This document shows, piece after piece, positions 1 through 13,305 of a stretch of 64,000 nt of DNA. The DNA lies in NCBI GenBank assembly GCA_013239625.1, contig MU053304.1, forward strand, positions 1,054,001 to 1,118,000, given 5' to 3'. Below the pieces are notes generated by a model. That model did no database searches. It was not told where the DNA came from and saw only the letters and a program-made list of their open reading frames with translations. Positions within the stretch are counted from its first letter, which is position 1; each line of letters starts with the position of its first letter. The stretch comes from Lama guanicoe. Taxonomy: Eukaryota. The translations under genes were made by a program, and so were the position numbers.

Positions 1-3000
1 GTGCTGCCCAGGGATGCGGTGAGGATGGAGGTAATAGCTCAGGCAGGAACCCACCCAGGCTCCCAAAGCCTCTGATTTGCTCTGGATGGTGAGAGGCGGG
101 GCAGGACTCAGGTGGCTGGTTCTGGGCTGTTTAAGGGAAAGCTTCTGGGGAAAAGTCTTCATATTAATGACTCCCCAGCGCTGCGGCAGGGGCGGGGGGT
201 AGGAGAGGAGCGGGATGCAGAGGCCTGAGCCGTGTGTCAGCCCTGGGCCAACCCTGCCTGGCCCACCCTTTGTAAGCAAGCACACTGGGTTTCTCTGGAC
301 CTCACATTCCCCAGCCAGGAGTCCACCATCACTCCCCGGATAAGAGTCATTAGCAAGGCTCTTCAAGAAAGGGAAGTGGAAGATGACGTGTGTTTGCATT
401 AAAAGGGAGAAAATAAAGACCCACATATGGATGTGCTGGTCCAGAACCTCTGAAAGAAGCTGCAATCAGTGGTACCGTGAGGGTAGGTGGGTACTGGATT
501 TGGAGGCAGTGTCGGCACAGACATTTTACTGCATGTTTACATTGGTATTTGAGTCATGTGCATGTACTCAAATTTTAAAATAAAAAGCAACAGTAAAGTA
601 CAAAGAAAATATTTATTTTAAAAAAGAAGACAGCCAGACGGTGAGGTGGCTGAGGTGCCCTTTGAGGAGGGGCTGAGCGGTGAGTCACCCTCTGCTGACC
701 CCTTCCCGGGGCTCCCTTGCTGCGGGCCCTGGACACCTGCCTGTCTCCTCCCCACTACCTTCCCCACAGGCTCCTCGCCTCCTGCAGCCGTGTCCGGGGT
801 GCCCTGGCCTGGCCACCTCACCTTGACTTAGATTGGGCCTGAGGCCTGGGGTGGCCTCGCTTGGGGACACACTGTCCTGAGCCCTGCCCCTGAGCCTAGG
901 CCGACGTGAGTTTCCGTAGCCCAGGGCAGGGAGCAAATTGGGTTCTACGCTTCATCCAAGCGCAGGTTTGATCAGATGGGAGACAGAGTCTAAAAACTGA
1001 CATAGTTGTGCCGAGCTCTTCACCAGATGATGGGGATCCCGTGCTCTGGAGGGCCCGGGGACTTCCCCACAGTCACACCAAGCTGTTCTTTACACATAGA
1101 CCGTGCGTGTTCTGGGGTGAATCACCAGACCCACCTTGGAGAGTTTCTATTCCTGTGGGTGCCTGAAAGTCACAGCAGGCCGGGCCTGTGAAAACAGCCC
1201 GTGCCTCAGTCTCTAATGCGATCTCCTCTCCCCTCCTGGGCCCAGGAGTGGAATCTGCCAGACTGCGTTTCAGCCCAGACTTTCCTGAATGTCTGGAACC
1301 TGCATGAGTTCCTTGCAGAGAGCCACCCAGGGCCCACAGGCGAGTCTCAACTCTCCCTGCCCTGAAAATGGGCCTTGCTGGGGAAATCTCTGCCTGCAGG
1401 GCCCATGGGAACAACGCAGCCCAAGGCTGACCCAGATCACTGTGCAGGCCTGGGGATGAGAATCCAGAGTCGGGGAGCAGCAGAGCCGGGCACCCCCACA
1501 GACCATGCAGGGGCTGAGGGGGTCCCCGCCCTAGGCTGGGCCCTGAGGCCTTCCTAGCTCACGAGCCCTAAAATATGAAGGCGTCCAGCACCAGCCCCCT
1601 TTTTGTGGGCAGAAGTTCTGAATCCTAAACCCCAGAAGCACTGGGAGCCACGACAGCCCTTCTCGGGCTCCGGCTGTCCCTGCGGGATGCCAGGCACGGG
1701 CCATCCGCTGCGTGAGATGCCTCCTCCTCTCCCCAAGACTTCCTGGGCCTTGGCTCAGCCAGTGGCTTTGGCTTTTCTTCTGGAAGCTGGGGGTGCATGC
1801 AGACCCTCTGAGAGGGCACAGGACGTAGAGACTCTTCCTGGCAACATGCCCCCCAGGCCACACACTAGTTCCACTTAGGGGGAGGGACCCCTAATGGAGC
1901 CCTCCTCCAGACCCAAGAGAAGGAACCCTTTGGCCATACGAGGCTGATGCGGAGTCATTTGAAGAGCTTCTGGTCCCACCCCCTCATTTCACCGACGAGG
2001 AAGCTGAACCCCAGAGAGGGAAGTGACTCCCCAGAGCAGGCTGGTGACCAAGCTGGGAGGAGAAATGACATTGCACAGCTCGCTCAGCTGTACCGGACCC
2101 CCCACAGGTAACAGCCCCCGGGCCGCTCAGAAAAACCAACGCACAGAGCCACGCACTGACCTTGCTCTGGTGGACGGCGGGTGACTTTCCTGAGGTCAGC
2201 CGGGTCTTCGCGGCGTGGGCTCTGCCCACACCTGCCCCGATGGCGGGCCTTCCCAGAAGGCAGGGACAGCAGCAGCCCCTGACAGCCTCCGTGGCAGCAG
2301 CGGCGGCGGCGGAGGGCTGGTTTGTCCCCAGTTACAGGTGACATTTTCTACAAACCCTCAGCTTCCTCCTGATTTGACTCAGGGTTGCAACATCTTGCCA
2401 GGGAGGGGAAACCTCACTGCAGGCGGCCCGGAGTCTTCCCCAGGGGAGCTCGGATTGCGTGACACTGCCGTCCACTGGCCCTGCTGCCTGCTCCCCCGGA
2501 GTCTGGCCAGGAAACCACCCAGAGCCCAAGATCACAAACTCTAGGAATCACCCTGCAGCCCCTGAGGAAGGTGCTCGCAGCAGGGTGGGGTCATGCTTGG
2601 GAACCCAGACCAGGCACTTGCCATCTGTGGAACTTCCCCGGGCCTCAGTGTATCTCTCTGGGGAATGGGAGCAATAATAGTTTCTTCCTCAAGGGGCTCT
2701 TGAGAGTGGTAATTGATGGAAGTACTTACCCCCAGTAAGCACCCAGGAAGCTTTGGCTACTATTACATATTATGACTAGATTATTCTCGACCCCTCACCA
2801 AGTGTCTCTTGGAGAGGTTGGGAGGGGAGATAGGGCAGCACGGAGAGCCCTGGAGATTCTAGCTCTTTCTTGAGAGTTAGGGTGGAGAATAGGAGGTCAG
2901 GAAGTCTGCAGGACTGGCCTGCACTAGGCTTTGTGCTCCTGGGGCAGGGAGCTGGGACAGGGGTGTGCACAGTGCGCCTGGAGCCCCGTGGAAGGCTCGG

Positions 3001-3479
3001 GGCTCTCGGGGCTGACCAGCGGTCCCAGCTCCACAGGAAACACCTGTCATTCTGGAGCTGCCACAGACCAGGTCATTCATTCAGTCCCCCTTTCAATTAG
3101 TAAGTCCTTCTCGAGGGCTTGTTTTATGTGAGGCACGGTGACATAAGGGTGAAGGAGGCATGGTCCTTGTCCCAGGGTTGCTAAAGGATGGCAAGGACAT
3201 TCACCCCAGTGGCATATGTATGATCGTTAAAAGCCCCACTCAGCCACAGCAGGGAAATCACATCAGAGGATGCAGGGGGAAAAGGGAAGTGGACATTTGA
3301 AGGAAGGGATGGGGTTTTTAGGAGAAGAGGTGAGTCTGAGGGGATCAGACCATGTTAGGTGGTGTCAGGCACTCAAAGGGGTGAGGAAATGGGGGCCGGG
3401 GGCTCTGGGACACACTAGGCACTCTTGCTGAGGATGTTGGTGGGGGACCGGGGTGGGGGAAAGATACAGGAGAAACTCA

Positions 3480-3640
3480 GCATGTGAGTTCCAGCAAGGA
3501 CCCTCACTACCTGTTTGACCTCAAGCAGACTCTTCAGCTTTTGTGAGCCTCACTGTTCTCATCTATAAAATGGGCATCATTATCACAAGTCTCAGGAATG
3601 TACTGAGTATCCTCTGTAGAGCACTTAGCACAGAGCTAGC
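3480..3640 (+). mobile_element. MIR
   Basis: tgtttgacctcaagcag...tgagcctcactgttctcatctataaaatggg...agcacttagcacag. Confidence 0.7.
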
Positions 3641-6600
3641 CACACCTCAAGTCCTTGAGCTGGTCCCGTCCTCCCCCAGCCCTTCTCCAGCCCCACCAAG
3701 CTTGGGGTGTAACTACCACAAAATTCTGGACTCTCAGATTCTGTCTATGTGCTCTGTCCCCACTGTGTCCTGTCCTTTCTTGCACTGTGTCCTTCAGAAG
3801 CCCAACTCAGGCGTAAATCCACTCAGTGGATTTATTCACACTATGGTATTAGCAGCAGATAATGGCATCCAAGTAAATCTTTATAATCTAATCATGGCAT
3901 TCACCACTGCACCCCTAGAGGACACTGGGATTTTAGGTAAGAAACCTGGTCCCGGAGAGTGTTCCTCCTCAAACGACAATCTCAGGCGATACCAACTCTG
4001 CTCAGCCCCAGGCTGGCCCTCCCGACTCTGAGGTGACTCACACCACAGTGCTCCGTGCTGGTGAGAGGCTTGGCAGCACAAGAGAAGAGGGCATCTTCTT
4101 AATCAGGTTGCATTTTCCCCGTTGCTGTTGTTTTCTGGAAAATCCAGGACTTCCAGGAAGGAAAGCTGGGTTGGTCTGAGCCACACAGCTGGGTTTAGAT
4201 GCCCCTGCTGTGCAGACACGGAATCGGGGCTGCCTTGAGTGGAATGTTGGTTCCTTGAAGGTGTGGGCAGACTGGGCACTGACAGCTACAGGAATCACAG
4301 CCCTGACTGGAGCCGAGCTGGCAGGAAAGAGCCCCTTGGTGAGGCCACAGGCTCCTGGCCCCCAGGGCTGAGCAGTGCTGTTTGGTTGAGAGAAGCCAGA
4401 CAGAGACCCCACAGCCAGAGACATTCAGGAGCAGAGCAGGGGCCTCTGGACTCTCAGTCCAGCCCCTTTTCCTGCACGAGATGTTTTCTCTCCTCTTCAC
4501 TAAACTTTAAAAAACAATATGTTGACAGAATATTCTATTACAGAGTTTAAAAGAAAAGAAAAGAAGCCCTTCATAGGTGTGAATTCCCTTGACAACATTC
4601 TGGATAGACAGATATTTCACCTTTGCTTGTTTACCTCTAGGAACAGGGAACTCACTACATGACTGTTTGGTCTGCTCTCTGACTTCCGGTAGCAAGACAG
4701 TTCCGCTTTCTAAGCACCTGGAACTTGTTCCTTATATGACCCCATGGAGTCATGCAGTGGAGCTTGTCCTGAGCCTTGGCAATGCTAGGTTGTCTACTGT
4801 TTTTATAGATTATGAACAACTCTAGTTTTTATGTTTTCCTGCATTGTGGCTTCCCAGCCCCTCCACATGCAGCCCCTGCAGACAGAGAGCCTCTAGCCCG
4901 TGGCTGATCAGAGCAGTGCAAGGGCCACTTGTCACATGTCGCCCTATGTTCCTCTTCCAGATTGTCTGCATGTAGCCCGGATTTACCTTATATCTCACTG
5001 TCTTTTCTGTTTACAACAACACTTAGGAATTCTCATTTTCCTTTAAGCTGTGACTGCATCTGTGTTTTGGGTATAAATATTTGCTCTTATTCAGTATTTC
5101 AGAAATATACTTCTGATTTCATCTTTGACTCACATTATTTAAGAGGCTACTTAAGAGAATGCATAAAAACGCCTATTATGTGTCGTTGATATCACGGAGC
5201 TGCAGCAGGCAGCAGTGTTTCCTTATCTGCTGCAGCAGATGGGTCTGAGAACAGACGGGTAGAGTTGCCATCGCCTTGGAGTCCTTGTCTGGGCCCCGGA
5301 ATGAGATGACTGTGGTCAAAGACCCTTGTCCTCTCCCAGAGAGAGTGCATCCCCCTGATTTATGATTTAGTCCCCGCTTTTCTGCTAGTTCTACCTTGTT
5401 AATCGAGCTATTGAGAGCTCTAATTTTCTGTCTACTTGATTGATGCTATTCTAAGGGAGGGAGCATTAAGCGCTCTATCTACAGTTACGTTCCTATTTCT
5501 ACTTCATTTTGTGTTTCTGCTTGTTCCCAGTGTGGACTTCTTTGTGATGCTCATTGGAATATAAATTTTATGTTTAATTGTTTATCATAATTTTTACTTT
5601 TGTGGGGTCTCTGTGTTGCTATCTCAATTCTTTTTAGCTAAAAATAATTACTTGGCCATATTTCCTACTTTTCTAGTGTTCTGTGTGCCTGACAGTTCAT
5701 AGGTTATCCTATCATTTGACTCCGTCTGTGCCTTTTTGTTTTCTTTATTTCGTATTGGCACAAGATGGTTGGGTTTTGTTTTGTTTTTTAATGGATTCTC
5801 TTTTCATAAGAAGTATTATAATTAATATAATAAGTGAGTATTATAATTCTATTATAATTGCTACATTTGTCTAAACCTCCATAGGGTGGTCCCTCTGCTT
5901 TCTGTTTTGAGACATCGCAGTTTTTTCACTTTCAGTTTCTATTGTGAATTTTCCTTTCGTCCCTTTAAAATAGACAAGGCAATTTAACCTAAATATCCAA
6001 TTTAGATAATAGTTAGGTTTAACGGCTACATTAACGGTTTCTATTAACAGCGCTCTAAACTTTGGGAAAATTATATTCAAACTCCTTCCCTCCCCTTCAC
6101 CCACTCTCCATTGTCCATATGGCATTTCGAGTCTTTTATACTGTCTTTCCTCCTTAAGTTATGCAAAATTTTGATGATGTGATGGCTGACCTGCGGACAG
6201 ATGAAACTTTTCTTTTTATCATGGATCAGGTTCTTGCAGCTGTTTTCTGGTCCCTTGGGTGACACTTGCTTTTTCACCTGTCCAATTCTGTCACTTCATG
6301 CTTTATTCCCAAGTCCCTCTGACGTTACAGGTTGAAATCTTTGACTGGCAAGATTTATGCCTTATCAGCTGAGCATCAGTTAGTGCAACACATTTCTGTA
6401 AGTTCTGTGCAGACCTCCTTTCCGCCCCCGCAGTGCCTCAAACACATACGCACGTTGCTTCTTTTAAGGGAAAATCAAAAGCTATTCTCATTTTTCTTCT
6501 TTTCCCACAGCATTTAATACATCTAAAAAACATTAAAATTGTTTTCATAGTATCACTAATTTAAAAACTACACACACAAAAGAGAGAGAGACAAAAATAA

Positions 6601-8763
6601 AAGATTTAAAAATCACTCACCATCTAACTGTTAGACCACAATCAATATTTGGCATATGGAAAATTTTTTCTAGGTTTTTTTTCCCTATGCGTGGGTTTTT
6701 TTAAAAATCATACTTGAAATCATTCTGAATGTATAATTCTGTAGTTTGTGGGTTTTTTTTTTTCACTTAACGTAGTCAGCATAAACATAAAGTAGTCAGA
6801 AAAAAAATTTCCATTGAGTAGATTTACCATAGTGAAGTTAAGCTCTTGTTGACATTTAAATGGATTTGTGTATTTTTTGCTATAAGAAAAAAAAAAATGT
6901 TAGAGTGAACATAATTCTGTACACATATTTTTCCTTCTTTTACATACTTTACTTAAGGTAAATATTCCGAATCACTGAATGAAAGACTAATAAAATTTCT
7001 ATTGTAATATATCAAATCCCTAAATTTAGGTACTCATTTGTACATACACCAGCATGTCTGTGACTGCTTTATGGAACATTTACCAGCTTCTTCTTTAGAT
7101 TATATAAGGAAAATTTTTATCGCTGTTTAAATACTCTGATGGGAGCTCTTTGTGTCCTTTGCCTGTTTGTCTCTCGTGGGTCTTGATAGTACACATTTGT
7201 TATACTCTTCACAGAGGAGGAGCATCATTTCTCTAGCCTATTTGTGGTATTTTCTTTCCTCCACTGTATTATTTGATATTAAAATTTTTAACAAAAAATG
7301 TCTAATTTTATGCATCAAACTCATCCTATTTTCTGATTCTTTTGCTTTTCAATCATTCTAAGTCGATGAAGAGCTTTTTCTTCCCTTCACTGGCTTTTAT
7401 AGATTAGCCACTGTTTTCATCGAGCTTTTCTATGGTTTAATTCTTTTGAAATTTAACTCATTAATGAATTTGGAATTTTTTTTATTATTTGGTGTGAGAT
7501 GAGGATCTAAAAGTGGATTTTTACCCCTAAATTGTTCACTGATATGTCTCAACATCATTTATTGATTAAGTCTTCCATTTGTATTATTGATATGGGGACT
7601 ATCTTATTTCTTGTTTCTGTTAATTGTCTAACACATCATCTGAAACTTCTGGGTGTTTGGCAAGTGTCCGGTTTCAACAAGAATGCTTCTTCTTCTTCTT
7701 TTTTAACCATTAAATGCAAAATTGGCCATTAACATAAACAAGTTACTCTTTATCCTTCGTAAGAAGTATCCTTCAATCATCTCTTTCATCTAAATGACTT
7801 TTGTGGAAAAGCTGTCTATCGATATAATCAGATGGCTTTTCATTTTTGCTTTAATGATGTAATACACAGTATTAACACATTGCCTAACATTGAAATGTCT
7901 TACAGTTCTTTGGTAAATCTGACTTAGTGAAATGATGATTTATAATATTAATATAATGAGTTCTACCTGGTAATATTTTAAGTCAGATGTTTGCATCTAT
8001 ATTCCTATGTGAATTTGAGTAATAGTTTTTCTCTTTTGTGCTACATTTGTATTGGTATTTGGGTAAACTAGTTTTATAGCAGAACTTAATCATTATTGTC
8101 TTATGTTCTGAAATTATTTACTGAGTATGGGAATTACCTCTTCCTTGAAATTTAAAATGTGCTGGTCTGAGTAATTCTTTGACAACATTCTTAATTTCTT
8201 TCATGTTTGTTGGTCTAATCAATACCTCTTATGTCAACCCTTGTATCAATTGTGGTAAATTATATTTTGCCCCCAAATTGCCAACTACATCTCACAGGTG
8301 ATAAGGTCATTTCTTCTTGTTTTTTCTTTCTTCTCTATCTAGGCTTATAATGCCTTCATATTTCTGGTTATGATCATTTGAGTCTTTTTTCTCGATCACA
8401 ATTATCAGAGATCTATGAATTGTTTAGATCACTCTTTACTCCCTTGCCCTGCCAAGAAACCAGCTATTCAATTTATTGATTTCCTCCCTTCTAACTCATT
8501 TGCTTCTGCTTTTATCTTTATAAAAGTTTTCTTGATTTCTGTATGACTTTTTAGTTCTTTTTTTCTAAATGCTCAAGTTGACTGTTTTTTTCATTTATTT
8601 AGTTTCCTATCCAAAAAACTGTTGGGGCTAGTATTTATCTCTGAGAATAGTTTTGGCTGCATCCTATGAGTTTCTTTTTTAAACAATCAATCTAAAAAGT
8701 TCTTGTCATTCTTGATTATATCCCATGCATTTTGTTTTGTAGTTCTGACTTGACTTAATTTTA

Positions 8764-9026
8764 TTTATTTATTTTATATATATATATATATATATAAAAT
8801 AATATATATATATATATATATATACATTTTTCATTTTTATTGACGTATAGTCAGTTACAATGTGTCCATTTCTGGTGTACAGCACAGTGTCCCCGTCATG
8901 CATTTATATACATATATTTTGTTCTCGTATTCTTTTTTACTAAAGGTTATTACAAGATATTGAGTATAGATCCCTGTGCTATACAGAAAAAATTTGTTTT
9001 TTGTTTGTTTGGTTTTTTTTTTTTTT
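8764..9026 (-). mobile_element. Younger L1 3'-end fragment with (TA)n at the tail, nested in the older L1
   Basis: ttttattgacgtatagtcagttacaatgtg...ggttattacaagatattgagtatagatccctgtgctataca; similar to the copy at 62529; flanking repeat acttaatttta (8753-8763 and 9027-9037). Confidence 0.75.
8775..8824. repeat. Interrupted (TA)n microsatellite
   Basis: Two (TA)n runs separated by aaataa. Confidence 0.9.
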
Positions 9027-10489
9027 ACTTAATTTTAAATAGCCAATTTTATTTCCTAGGTTTCTGTGTATTGTGGTTAGAGCATACAGCCTACATAATT
9101 TCTGCTTTAAAAAAAAAATGAAAGGTTTTGTTCTTGCTAGGCAGAGAATTCATCTTGGCAACTGTTTGTTGGATACCTAAGAAAAAAATAGATTGCTTAT
9201 TTATTTAAAACCAAATCTAACAGCTAGTAATTAAATTGTATTCATTGTATTATTTATATAATTCTATACTCAATTAATATTTTGGCAACTTGATCTGTTA
9301 GAATCTATAATGCATTAAAATCTGACATCAAAATATCTTTGTTGATAGCTCAAATTCTAACAACCTTACTTTATGTACTTTTATACAACATCATTTGGTG
9401 TATAAGATTAGTATATTTGCCTTCACAATTTTTCTTTTATTAATATAAAATAAACTTCTTAATCTTGATATGTGGCTTTATGCTTAACTCTACAGTGCTA
9501 GGTATGAATATTGTCACTCTGACTTTCTTTTTGTTTATATTTGCTATATCATCATGGGACTTCAACCATTTCTCTGTCTTTAAGAAAGTGTGTCCTTTAT
9601 AAGCAACAAAAAGTTGAATTTTATTTTGTAATTGAACTGAAAACATGGTTAATTTTTGTAAATTTAAAATTTTTATATTTATTGTTGTCATTTCTATACC
9701 TAGTTTCTTTTTCCCATTCTATTTACTCCTTTGCTATTTTGTCTGATTTGTTTGTTTCTTTTTATCTTCTTCAGTAATTTTGAAGATGGGCATCCTGTTT
9801 TTAATAGTCAGTGGTTACTTCAAGGTTTTAAAAAAATCTTACACTTTCTGAGCTATCAAATTAAAAAAAAACAGAACAATTACTTTTAATTTCCTTTTAT
9901 GGAATATTTGCTTCATCCTTTCCACTACCCCTGCCCTCTACAACCCGAGAACATTCTTCCTTCTTTGTTAATTTATCTAATCCATCTTGTCCTTTTTTTT
10001 TAAGGACATGAATGATCTCTTTTACTGGTTTTTTAAAAATTTTAAATCTGTAACTATATTCATCATAGCTTTAGTCTCTTTCCAGTTTTCTGTTTTAAAT
10101 GCTCAGCTCCGAACTTCCCCACCTTGATGTCTGCATCCTGTATTGTTAGTATCTCTTAGAGGTCTAGATTTTTGGCTCTTGGAGGCAGTTTTTGCCTACA
10201 AGCCACATGTACCTGAGGGTGGCTTTCTATGATCTTTACACTTGAAAGCAACTTAATTGGGTGTGAAATTCTTGCATTCAAAGATTCTCCCTCAAAACTC
10301 TCTGGTGTAATTTTTTTCAGGGAACATGGTTTGTTTATTCACGGAAGTTTGTAAGGTTTTATGTTAATGACATTTAAAGATGTAAGTGGTACATCTGGGA
10401 GTGGCTCTCTTTCCAAAAATTTTGCAGAAACGTTGCTCCTCTAATGCAAGTTCTCATCTCTCTGTTTAATTCAGCTGTACCTCTCAGGC

Positions 10490-10980
10490 ACCAGCTGGTG
10501 GTGATTAACAAAGGTCCTCTCGGGCCCTTCAGGGCTATTCACAGACCCCATTTGCTTGACCCATGACATTGCTCATTCATTCTAATTCCTTCCTGGTATG
10601 AGGTTGGGACCAGAGCCCTGGTGACTGACAGCCCAGTTGGGGCCATGCTCATCTTGGGCTGCTTCTAGCCAATGACTGGGCTCCGTGGAGGTACTAGTCC
10701 TGGGAGATTCCTGCCAGACGTGGAACTTCTCCAACGGGCAGATTGTGCTTAGGGACTCTCCCTTGGCCTGACTAAGACATTCTCAGAGCCTCACTGTGGT
10801 CTGAAGCTCTTCCTACCCCTTCATTCCTTCTTCCTCTCTCTCCACAGGTATCAGACTGCTTTGTAGTCTGAAGGCCCTCCCTGTCCACACCTACTCCATC
10901 TTCCTTTTATCCTTCACTGGGCTTTCTCCTAATAAATCTATCAAATGTCTAATACTGTCCGAGCATCTGCTTTCCAGCCT
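10490..10980 (+). mobile_element. ERVL solo LTR (LTR16-like)
   Basis: GC-richer island in AT-rich DNA, with ccaatgactg, cttccttttatccttcac, AATAAA and a 3' gcatctgcttt end typical of LTR16. Confidence 0.6.
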
Positions 10981-12044
10981 CCTAGCCACCCACCTTACCA
11001 TTGATTGCAGTGGATCCCTGAGTTGGCTGGAACAGAAGCTATCAGTGGCCCCAGGCAACAGGTCGCGAGTAGGGAGGTTGCTGGCCTCACTGCAAGTGGA
11101 CTGGATTTTATTGGCGGCCAGTCTTTGAGGAAAACAACTGCTTTATCTCTTGCTGCAGCCTGGAGACTTTTTATCGTATTCCACTGAAGTTCCCGATTTT
11201 TTTATAAAAAAAAAAATTTTTTTTTAAGATAGTTTCCTTGAACCTTCAGAGGGAATTCAGGGCATTAATTTTTCAGATTCTCTGCTCACTCTACCATTAA
11301 CTGGAAGAAGTTTTTTCAACCCAATTTCTTTTTGCCAGTCCATAGCGTGCTTTCTCTAACTTCAAGGATTACCATTTGAAAAGTTTCCATTTGAAGTCAT
11401 TCAGTAATTCAAATGTGACCTTTAGGAGTGTCCTGCCAGAGAACACTGATAGCTGAGTCAAGTCTGTGTTACGCACATTCGCCTGGTGCAGTCAGTTCAG
11501 ACAAGCTCCAGCATCTTAGAATGCATGCATTCCATCAGGCCATTCTTCTCTGTTTTTCCTCGGTTTGTTCAATTCAGTCATGTTCTGGGCTTGAGTTTGG
11601 GTTTATCTTTGAGCATCACTGGTTTTTTTTCTCGGCCACTCTTGTTCTAATGTTTGAGTTCACCAGCAGTGCTCTGTGTTTATCCACGGATTCTGCCTGA
11701 GCATGACCCAGACAGAAACGGATGCCCCAAGTTCTTTTTTTTTTTTTTTGCAGTCTTGTCGGATCTCTTTAAGCACAAGCTTGTCTTTATGCTTATCTTT
11801 GTGGTTCTTGGTTTTCTGCAGTTTCTTATGTTGAAGTCTTCCTCTTGGGTGTTGCAGCACCTTTCAGTTAAATCTGAATTGAGTTCTTGCCCACTCTCTT
11901 CACCATTTTTGAAATTTATCTTGCTGGTGCCAAGCTATTCTAGCTATCTTTTGAGATGAGCCTGGGGCTATTTTGGCATATTTAGTCAGGAGGAGACACC
12001 CTGCCAGCTCGCCTTTATTCCGGGCACCGTGGGATTGGAGCAGT

Positions 12045-12340
12045 TATACCTGGGGCTCTACACTGCACAACTCCAGGGGGCGCCATTCACACAGACCGCA
12101 GGAGTCTGAAGCTTTAAATATGTGGAAATGCATTGTCCTAGATCTCGTGTGACATAAACCTATAAGAAAAGTTAGCACATAGGAGAATATAGAATTTTTG
12201 GAAAGTCACCAGATCAGGTGGTATACATTAAATGTTTACTATATAGTGCTCAATGAATAATGTGTGTGTGTGTGTTTCTCTAGTAGTTAGAGAGGGTTTG
12301 GGAATGGCATTCTATATAGGGTCTTAAAAATACCCAACTC
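12045..12340 (+). mobile_element. MER91-like hAT DNA transposon remnant
   Basis: cactgcacaactccagggggcgccattcacacagac matches the MER91 left part; right boundary uncertain. Confidence 0.6.
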
Positions 12341-13305
12341 CTTCATTCCTGAAGGCTTGTGATCCCCTTGACTGCCGGCATCCAACATCCCAATGTAACC
12401 ACACCAGGAGCCTTGGTCCTCTTGTCCCTGAGGCCAGCTCTAATTTTCTACTTGTCTAAAGTCCTTTCTTTGCCCTGTAGAGACCTCAAGCCCTCACTTT
12501 GGTCCCTCTGGGAATGTCCCTTCTTCTATGTTTCTCCAACTTCTGTCTGGATTTTCTCCACAGAGAGCAGGAGGCTACAGCAGCTCCGGACTTTACCCTC
12601 CCAACTTCAAATCCAACAGAAGGAGCACCAGCCCCCTTCCCAGAAACCCAAGCAAGAATTTCATTGCTTCCTATTGCCTCTGCAGGGAGGGAATCATCTG
12701 TCCATCCATGAACCTATAAATGAACCAATGATGATGTGTGGGGGAAAGTGATACATTGATTGCAGCCAGCCCCACAGGGTGGAGTCAGCTTTGTCTGACC
12801 TTTGGGGTGTGAGTGGGGCAGAGTAGAAGGACTACATAGAAAGGAGCTGGGTCCTAAAAAGAGCATTTGAAGCTGTTGAAGCTACAGCTCAAGTCAGCCC
12901 TGCCCTAGTTTTCATGTTTTCAGTTTTGTGAAATCCTCTCTTCGATTAAACCAGCTTGGGTCAGGGCTTATGCCATTGTTACTACTTTCAACAGAGGGAG
13001 TTCTGATTGGAAAAGTGGGACAGATATTCATGTGCAGTTCTATTTTTGTAAAAGATAAAGGAGCATGCACACACACACACATGTGTATGTGTGTGGACAG
13101 AAAGAGTCTGGAATGATATACATTAAAAAGTAACAAGATTAGGGCTAATTTTTCTTCCTGTGTTTGCTAATTGTGATCCCAAGAGCATGGATTGCTATGT
13201 GATAAAGGGGAGGTGTTTATGATTCTCAGCAAAGTTGAGAATCCATCAGTTCTGGAAAGTAAGAGGAACTTCACCTCATCTATTGTTGACATTGTAGGAA
13301 AGAAC

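Larger units (their letters stand above)
5380..10450 (-). mobile_element. Highly decayed ancient L1 (L1M-type) fragments in the probable GPR55 intron
   Basis: Abrupt AT/T-rich block with antisense L1-like phrases (gatgtttgcatctatattc, ggtgtgagatgaggatcta, ttggctgcatcc); no long ORF. Confidence 0.65.

Noticed and set aside
1..5300. Non-coding first exon or promoter of GPR55
   Set aside because: Several donor-like and PU.1/ETS-like motifs occur, but none can be singled out; the exon may lie outside the window.
13192..13305. 357-aa GPR55 as listed in the ORF track
   Set aside because: It starts at a TTG. GPR55 similarity begins at ATG 13306, which gives the expected 319 aa.
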